Assembly: GCA_964016885.1 (NCBI GenBank)
Contig: OZ024762.1
Span: 30,380,001-30,444,000 of the forward strand
Reading direction: 5' to 3'
DNA from: Eledone cirrhosa
Lineage: Eukaryota
DNA length: 64,000 bases
The translations under genes were made by a program, and so were the position numbers. Every line of letters starts with the position of its first letter. Position 1 is the stretch's first letter. Positions 57,101-64,000 of the stretch are shown here, one piece after another. A model generated the notes under the pieces. It was not told the DNA's origin. It saw nothing but the letters and a program-made list of their open reading frames with translations, and did no database searches.

Positions 57101-60100
57101 TTAGCTGTCAGAAGTAACTCCACTGTTGGTGAGAATTCAATTAAGTTCATGGTACTAGCTGTCAGAAGTAACTCCACTGTTGGTGAGAATTCATTTAAGT
57201 TCATGGTATTAGCTGTCAGAAGTAACTCCACTGTTGGTGAGAATTCATTTAAGTCATGGTATTAGCTGTCAGAAGTAACTCCATTGTTGGTGAGAATTCA
57301 TTTAAGTCATGGTACTAGCTGTCAGAAGTAACTCCACTGTTGGTGAGAATTCATTTAAGTTCATGGTACTAGCTGTCAGAAGTAACCCCAATGTTGGTGA
57401 GAATTCATTTAAGTTCTTGGTATTAGCTGTCAGAAGTCACTCCAATGTTGGTGAGAATTCATTTAAGTTCATGGTATTAGCTGTCAGAAGTAACTCCACT
57501 GTTGGTGAGAATTCATTTAAGTTCATGGTATTAGCTGTCAGAAGTAACTCCACTGTTGGTGAGAATTCATTTAAGTTCATGGTACTAGCTGTCAGAAGTA
57601 ACTCCACTTTTGGTGAGAATTCATTTAAGTTCATGGTACTAGCTGTCAGAAGGAACTCCACTGTTGGTGAGAATTCATTTAAGTTCATGGTATTAGCTGT
57701 CAGAAGTAACTCCAATGTTGGTGAGAATTCATTTAAGTCATGGTACTAGCTGTCAGAAGTAACTCCACTGTTGGTGAGAATTCATTTAAGTTCATGGTAT
57801 TAGCTGTCAGAATGAACTCCACTGTTGGTGAGAATTCATTTAAGTTCATGTTATTAGCTGTCAGAAGTAACTCCACTGTTGGTGAGAATTCATTTAAGTT
57901 CATGGTACTAGCTGTCAGAAGTAACTCCAATGTTGGTGAGAATTCATTTAAGTTCATGGTATTAGCTGTCAGAAGTAACTCCACTGTTGGTGAGAATTCA
58001 TTTATGTTCATGGTACTAGCTGTCAGAAGTAACTCCACTGTTGGTGAGAATTCATTTAAGTTCATGGTATTAGCTGTCAGAAGTAACTCCACTGTTGGTG
58101 AGAATTCATTTAAGTTCATGGTATTAGCTGTCAGAAGTAACTCCACTGTTGGTGAGAATTCATTTAAGTCATGGTATTAGCTGTCAGAAGTAACTCCATT
58201 GTTGTTGAGAATTCATTTAAGTCATGGTACTAGCTGTCAGAAGTAACTCCACTGTTGGTGAGAATTCATTTAAGTTCATGGTATTAGCTGTCAGAAGTAA
58301 CTCCACTGTTGGTGAGAATTCATTTAAGTTCATGGTACTAGCTGTCAGAAGGAACTCCACTGTTGGTGAGAATTCATTTAAGTTCATGGTATTAGCTGTC
58401 AGAAGTAACTCCAATGTTGGTGAGAATTCATTTAAGTCATGGTACTAGCTGTCAGAAGTAACTCCACTGTTGGTGAGAATTCATTTAAGTTCATGGTATT
58501 AGCTGTCAGAAGGAACTCCACTGTTGGTGAGAATTCATTTAAGTTCATGGTACTAGCTGTCAGAAGTAACTCCACTGTTCGTGAGAATTCATTTAAGTTC
58601 ATGGTACTATCTGTCAGAAGTAACTCCACTGTTGGTGAGAATTCATTTAAGTTCATGGTACTAGCTGTCAGAAGTAACTCCACTGTTGGTGAGAATTCAT
58701 TTAAGTTCATGGTACTAGCTGTCAGAAGGAACTCCACTGTTGGTGAGAATTCATTTAAGTTCATGGTATTAGCTGTCAGAAGTAACTCCAATGTTGGTGA
58801 GAATTCATTTAAGTCATGGTACTAGCTGTCAGAAGTAACTCCACTGTTGGTGAGAATTCATTTAAGTTCATGGTATTAGCTGTCAGAAGGAACTCCACTG
58901 TTGGTGAGAATTCATTTAAGTTCATGGTATTAGCTGTCAGAAGTAACTCCACTGTTGGTGAGAATTCATTTAAGTTCATGGTACTAGCTGTCAGAAGTAA
59001 CTCCAATGTTGGTGAGAATTCATTTAAGTTCATGGTATTAGCTGTCAGAAGTCACTCCACTGTTGGTGAGAATTCATTTAAGTTCATGGTACTAGCTGTC
59101 AGAAGTAACCCCAATGTTGGTGAGAATTCATTTAAGTTCATGGTACTAGCTGTCAGAAGTCACTCCAATGTTGGTGAGAATTCATTTAAGTTCATGGTAT
59201 TAGCTGTCAGAAGTAACTCCACTGTTGGTGAGAATTCATTTAAGTTCATGGTATTAGCTGTCAGAAGTAACTCCACTGTTGGTGAGAATTCATTTAAGTT
59301 CATGGTATTAGCTGTCAGAAGTAACTCCACTGTTGGTGAGAATTCATTTAAGTTCATGGTATTAGCTGTCAGAAGGAACTCCAATGTTGGTGAGAATTCA
59401 TTTAAGTTCATGGTATTAGCTGTCAGAAGTAACTCCAATGTTGGTGAGAATTCATTTAAGTTCATGGTATTAGCTGTCAGAAGTAACTCCACTGTTGGTG
59501 AGAATTCATTTAAGTCATGGTATTAGCTGTCAGAAGTAACTCCATTGTTGGTGAGAATTCATTTAAGTCATGGTACTAGCTGTCAGAAGTAACTCCACTG
59601 TTGGTGAGAATTCATTTAAGTTCATGGTACTAGCTGTCAGAAGTAACCCCAATGTTGGTGAGAATTCATTTAAGTTCATGGTATTAGCTGTCAGAAGTCA
59701 CTCCAATGTTGGTGAGAATTCATTTAAGTTCATGGTATTAGCTGTCAGAAGTAACTCCACTGTTGGTGAGAATTCATTTAAGTTCATGGTATTAGCTGTC
59801 AGAAGTAACTCCACTGTTGGTGAGAATTCATTTAAGTTCATGGTACTAGCTGTCAGAAGTAACTCCACTTTTGGTGAGAATTCATTTAAGTTCATGGTAC
59901 TAGCTGTCAGAAGGAACTCCACTGTTGGTGAGAATTCATTTAAGTTCATGGTATTAGCTGTCAGAAGTAACTCCAATGTTGGTGAGAATTCATTTAAGTC
60001 ATGGTACTAGCTGTCAGAAGTAACTCCACTGTTGGTGAGAATTCATTTAAGTTCATGGTATTAGCTGTCAGAATGAACTCCACTGTTGGTGAGAATTCAT

Positions 60101-63100
60101 TTAAGTTCATGGTATTAGCTGTCAGAAGTAACTCCACTGTTGGTGAGAATTCATTTAAGTTCATGGTACTAGCTGTCAGAAGTAACTCCAATGTTGGTGA
60201 GAATTCATTTAAGTTCATGGTATTAGCTGTCAGAAGTAACTCCACTGTTGGTGAGAATTCATTTATGTTCATGGTACTAGCTGTCAGAAGTAACTCCACT
60301 GTTGGTGAGAATTCATTTAAGTTCATGGTATTAGCTGTCAGAAGTAACTCCACTGTTGGTTAGAATTCATTTAAGTTCATGGTATTAGCTGTCAGAAGTA
60401 ACTCCACTGTTGGTGAGAATTCATTTAAGTCATGGTATTAGCTGTCAGAAGTAACTCCATTGTTGGTGAGAATTCATTTAAGTCATGGTACTAGCTGTCA
60501 GAAGTAACTCCACTGTTGGTGAGAATTCATTTAAGTTCATGGTATTAGCTGTCAGAAGTAACTCCACTGTTGGTGAGAATTCATTTAAGTTCATGGTACT
60601 AGCTGTCAGAAGGAACTCCACTGTTGGTGAGAATTCATTTAAGTTCATGGTATTAGCTGTCAGAAGTAACTCCAATGTTGGTGAGAATTCATTTAAGTCA
60701 TGGTACTAGCTGTCAGAAGTAACTCCACTGTTGGTGAGAATTCATTTAAGTTCATGGTATTAGCTGTCAGAAGGAACTCCACTGTTGGTGAGAATTCATT
60801 TAAGTTCATGGTACTAGCTGTCAGAAGTAACTCCACTGTTGGTGAGAATTCATTTAAGTTCATGGTACTAGCTGTCAGAAGTAACTCCCCTGTTGGTGAG
60901 AATTCATTTAAGTTCATGGTACTAGCTGTCAGAAGTAACTCCACTGTTGGTGAGAATTCATTTAAGTTCATGGTACTAGCTGTCAGAAGGAACTCCACTG
61001 TTGGTGAGAATTCATTTAAGTTCATGGTATTAGCTGTCAGAAGTAACTCCAATGTTGGTGAGAATTCATTTAAGTCATGGTACTAGCTGTCAGAAGTAAC
61101 TCCACTGTTGGTGAGAATTCATTTAAGTTCATGGTATTAGCTGTCAGAAGGAACTCCACTGTTGGTGAGAATTCATTTAAGTTCATGGTATTAGCTGTCA
61201 GAAGTAACTCCACTGTTGGTGAGAATTCATTTAAGTTCATGGTACTAGCTGTCAGAAGTAACTCCAATGTTGGTGAGAATTCATTTAAGTTCATGGTATT
61301 AGCTGTCAGAAGTCACTCCACTGTTGGTGAGAATTCATTTAAGTTCATGGTACTAGCTGTCAGAAGTAACCCCAATGTTGGTGAGAATTCATTTAAGTTC
61401 ATGGTACTAGCTGTCAGAAGTCACTCCAATGTTGGTGAGAATTCATTTAAGTTCATGGTATTAGCTGTCAGAAGTAACTCCACTGTTGGTGAGAATTCAT
61501 TTAAGTTCATGGTATTAGCTGTCAGAAGGAACTCCAATGTTGGTGAGAATTCATTTAAGTCATGGTACTAGCTGTCAGAAGTAACTCCACTGTTGGTGAG
61601 AATTCATTTAAGTTCATGGTATTAGCTGTCAGAAGGAACGCCACTGTTGGTGAGAATTCATTTAAGTTCATGGTATTAGCTGTCAGAAGTAACTCCACTG
61701 TTGGTGAGAATTCATTTAAGTTCATGGTATTAGCTGTCAGAAGTAACTCCACTGTTGGTGAGAATTCATTTAAGTCATGGTATTAGCTGTCAGAAGTAAC
61801 TCCATTGTTGGTGAGAATTCATTTAAGTCATGGTACTAGCTGTCAGAAGTAACTCCACTGTTGGTGAGAATTCATTTAAGTTCATGGTATTAGCTGTCAG
61901 AAGTAACTCCACTGTTGGTGAGAATTCATTTAAGTTCATGGTATTAGCTGTCAGAAGTAACTCCACTGTTGGTGAGAATTCATTTAAGTTCATGGTATTA
62001 GCTGTCAGAAGTAACTCCACTGTTGGTGAGAATTCATTTAAGTTCATGGTATTAGCTGTCAGAAGTAACTCCACTGTTGGTGAGAATTCATTTAAGTTCA
62101 TGGTATTAGCTGTCAGAAGGAACTCCAATGTTGGTGAGAATTCATTTAAGTTCATGGTATTAGCTGTCAGAAGGAACGCCACTGTTGGTGAGAATTCATT
62201 TAAGTCATGGTATTAGCTGTCAGAAGTAACTCCACTGTTGGTGAGAATTCATTTAAGTTCATGGTATTAGCTGTCAGAAGGAACTCCAATGTTGGTGAGA
62301 ATTCATTTAAGTTCATGGTATTAGCTGTCAGAAGTAACTCCACTGTTGGTGAGAATTCATTTAAGTTCATGGTACTAGCTGTCAGAAGTAACTCCACTTT
62401 TGGTGAGAATTCATTTAAGTTCATGGTACTAGCTGTCAGAAGGAACTCCACTGTTGGTGAGAATTCATTTAAGTTCATGGTATTAGCTGTCAGAAGTAAC
62501 TCCAATGTTGGTGAGAATTCATTTAAGTCATGGTACTAGCTGTCAGAAGTAACTCCACTGTTGGTGAGAATTCATTTAAGTTCATGGTATTAGCTGTCAG
62601 AAGTAACTCCACTGTTGGTGAGAATTCATTTAAGTTCATGGTACTAGCTGTCAGAAGTAACTCCAATGTTGGTGAGAATTCATTTAAGTTCATGGTATTA
62701 GCTGTCAGAAGTAACTCCACTGTTGGTGAGAATTCAATTAAGTTCATGGTACTAGCTGTCAGAAGTAACTCCACTGTTGGTGAGAATTCATTTAAGTTCA
62801 TGGTATTAGCTGTCAGAAGTAACTCCACTGTTGGTGAGAATTCATTTAAGTCATGGTATTAGCTGTCAGAAGTAACTCCATTGTTGGTGAGAATTCATTT
62901 AAGTCATGGTACTAGCTGTCAGAAGTAACTCCACTGTTGGTGAGAATTCATTTAAGTTCATGGTACTATCTGTCAGAAGTAACCCCAATGTTGGTGAGAA
63001 TTCATTTAAGTTCATGGTATTAGCTGTCAGAAGTCACTCCAATGTTGGTGAGAATTCATTTAAGTTCATGGTATTAGCTGTCAGAAGTAACTCCACTGTT

Positions 63101-64000
63101 GGTGAGAATTCATTTAAGTTCATGGTATTAGCTGTCAGAAGTAACTCCACTGTTGGTGAGAATTCATTTAAGTTCATGGTACTAGCTGTCAGAAGTAACT
63201 CCACTTTTGGTGAGAATTCATTTAAGTTCATGGAACTAGCTGTCAGAAGGAACTCCACTGTTGGTGAGAATTCATTTAAGTTCATGGTATTAGCTGCCAG
63301 AAGTAACTCCAATGTTGGTGAGAATTCATTTAAGTCATGGTACTAGCTGTCAGAAGTAACTCCACTGTTGGTGAGAATTCATTTAAGTTCATGGTATTAG
63401 CTGTCAGAATGAACTCCACTGTTGGTGAGAATTCATTTAAGTTCATGGTATTAGCTGTCAGAAGTAACTCCACTGTTGGTGAGAATTCATTTAAGTTCAT
63501 GGTACTAGCTGTCAGAAGTAACTCCAATGTTGGTGAAAATTCATTTAAGTTCATGGTATTAGCTGTCAGAAGTAACTCCACTGTTGGTGAGAATTCATTT
63601 AAGTTCATGGTACTAGCTGTCAGAAGTAACTCCACTGTTGGTGAGAATTCATTTAAGTTCATGGTATTAACTGTCAGAAGTAACTCCACTGTTGGTGAGA
63701 ATTCATTTAAGTTCATGGTATTAGCTGTCAGAAGTAACTCCACTGTTGGTGAGAATTCATTTAAGTCATGGTATTAGCTGTCAGAAGTAACTCCATTGTT
63801 GGTGAGAATTCATTTAAGTCATGGTACTAGCTGTCAGAAGTAACTCCACTGTTGGTGAGAATTCATTTAAGTTCATGGTATTAGCTGTCAGAAGTAACTC
63901 CACTGTTGGTGAGAATTCATTTAAGTTCATGGTACTAGCTGTCAGAAGGAACTCCACTGTTGGTGAGAATTCATTTAAGTTCATGGTATTAGCTGTCAGA
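51174..64000. repeat. Right-domain mosaic of overlapping duplications (offsets 3821, 4629, 2261, 5651/5597 bp)
   Basis: ORF offsets 51174/54995 and 51497/55318 (3821); 52680/57309 to 54187/58816 (4629); 55911/61562 to 56879/62530 (5651), then 57309/62906 (5597, one monomer fewer). Marker AGAATGAAC at 53184, 57813, 60074, 63410. Marker TCAATT at ~52511, ~57140, ~62737. Confidence 0.85.
57203..61528. repeat. Tandem duplication, offset 2,261 bp (42 monomers)
   Basis: ORF offsets 57309/59570, 57740/60001, 58224/60485, 58439/60700, 58816/61077. Markers AGAATG 57813/60074 and TTTATG 58005/60266. 2261 = 42x54 - 7. Confidence 0.9.

Larger units (their letters stand above)
1..64000. repeat. 54-bp tandem satellite array (~1,190 monomers, single orientation, runs off both window ends)
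   Basis: Consensus ATGGTATTAGCTGTCAGAAGTAACTCCACTGTTGGTGAGAATTCATTTAAGTTC recurs every 54 bp (e.g. ATG at 49, 103, 157, 211), or every 53 bp when AAGTTC becomes AAGTC, from first base to last. Monomers typically differ from consensus at 0-3 positions. No non-repeat sequence seen. Confidence 0.99.

Noticed and set aside
15-63777. The 200+ ORFs in the track as genuine CDSs or one giant repetitive protein
   Set aside because: All are translations of the same 54-bp unit on both strands. They have no unique N- or C-terminal domain and are broken every few monomers by a linked 1-bp deletion, with occasional in-frame stops (20288, 32000, 41629, 60361).
1-64000. CRISPR array or other repeat-spacer / variable-cassette system
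   Set aside because: There are no unique spacers: the variable 9-bp patch has only a few SNV alleles that recur hundreds of times. No cas, recombinase or reverse transcriptase gene is present in the window.
1-64000. Telomerase-type telomeric repeat, tRNA/5S/snRNA tandem gene array, or CENP-B box
   Set aside because: The unit is longer than known telomerase repeats and lacks G-runs. It is too short for these RNA genes and shows no recognisable cloverleaf or internal promoter boxes. It has no CpG, so the canonical CENP-B box (TTCG...CGGG) cannot be present.
1-64000. Inversions, hairpin terminators or embedded mobile elements
   Set aside because: No reverse-orientation monomers or foreign sequence were seen while reading through. 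Only short palindromes (GAATTC, AGCT, TTAA, CATG) occur.
1-64000. Whole array as a rolling-circle, concatemer or synthetic artefact
   Set aside because: Hierarchically shared variants, regional turnover and nested duplications indicate an evolutionary history rather than repeated reading of one template. Individual duplications still need read validation.

Overview
The whole 64-kb window is one uninterrupted head-to-tail satellite array. It holds roughly 1,190 copies (64,000 / ~53.8 bp) of a 54-bp monomer, consensus ATGGTATTAGCTGTCAGAAGTAACTCCACTGTTGGTGAGAATTCATTTAAGTTC (20/54 GC, no CpG, one EcoRI and one AluI site). All copies are in the same orientation, and I saw no unique sequence, transposon, RNA gene, CRISPR spacer or inversion. 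All ORFs in the track are by-products of a monomer 18 codons long with one stop-free frame per strand; a recurrent 1-bp deletion (53-bp monomers, about 1 in 5) breaks them. The real structure lies in the variants: a few polymorphic positions form fixed multi-monomer 'words', and rare markers reveal nested near-tandem duplications with offsets of about 0.65, 1.9, 2.3, 3.0, 3.3, 3.9, 4.8, 5.6 and 9.6 kb. Variant families turn over between a left and a right domain. This looks like eukaryotic satellite or heterochromatin DNA. I do not recognise the family or the organism, and I found no support for a novel gene system. All comparisons were done by eye and from ORF-track offsets, so block boundaries are approximate to within a monomer or two.
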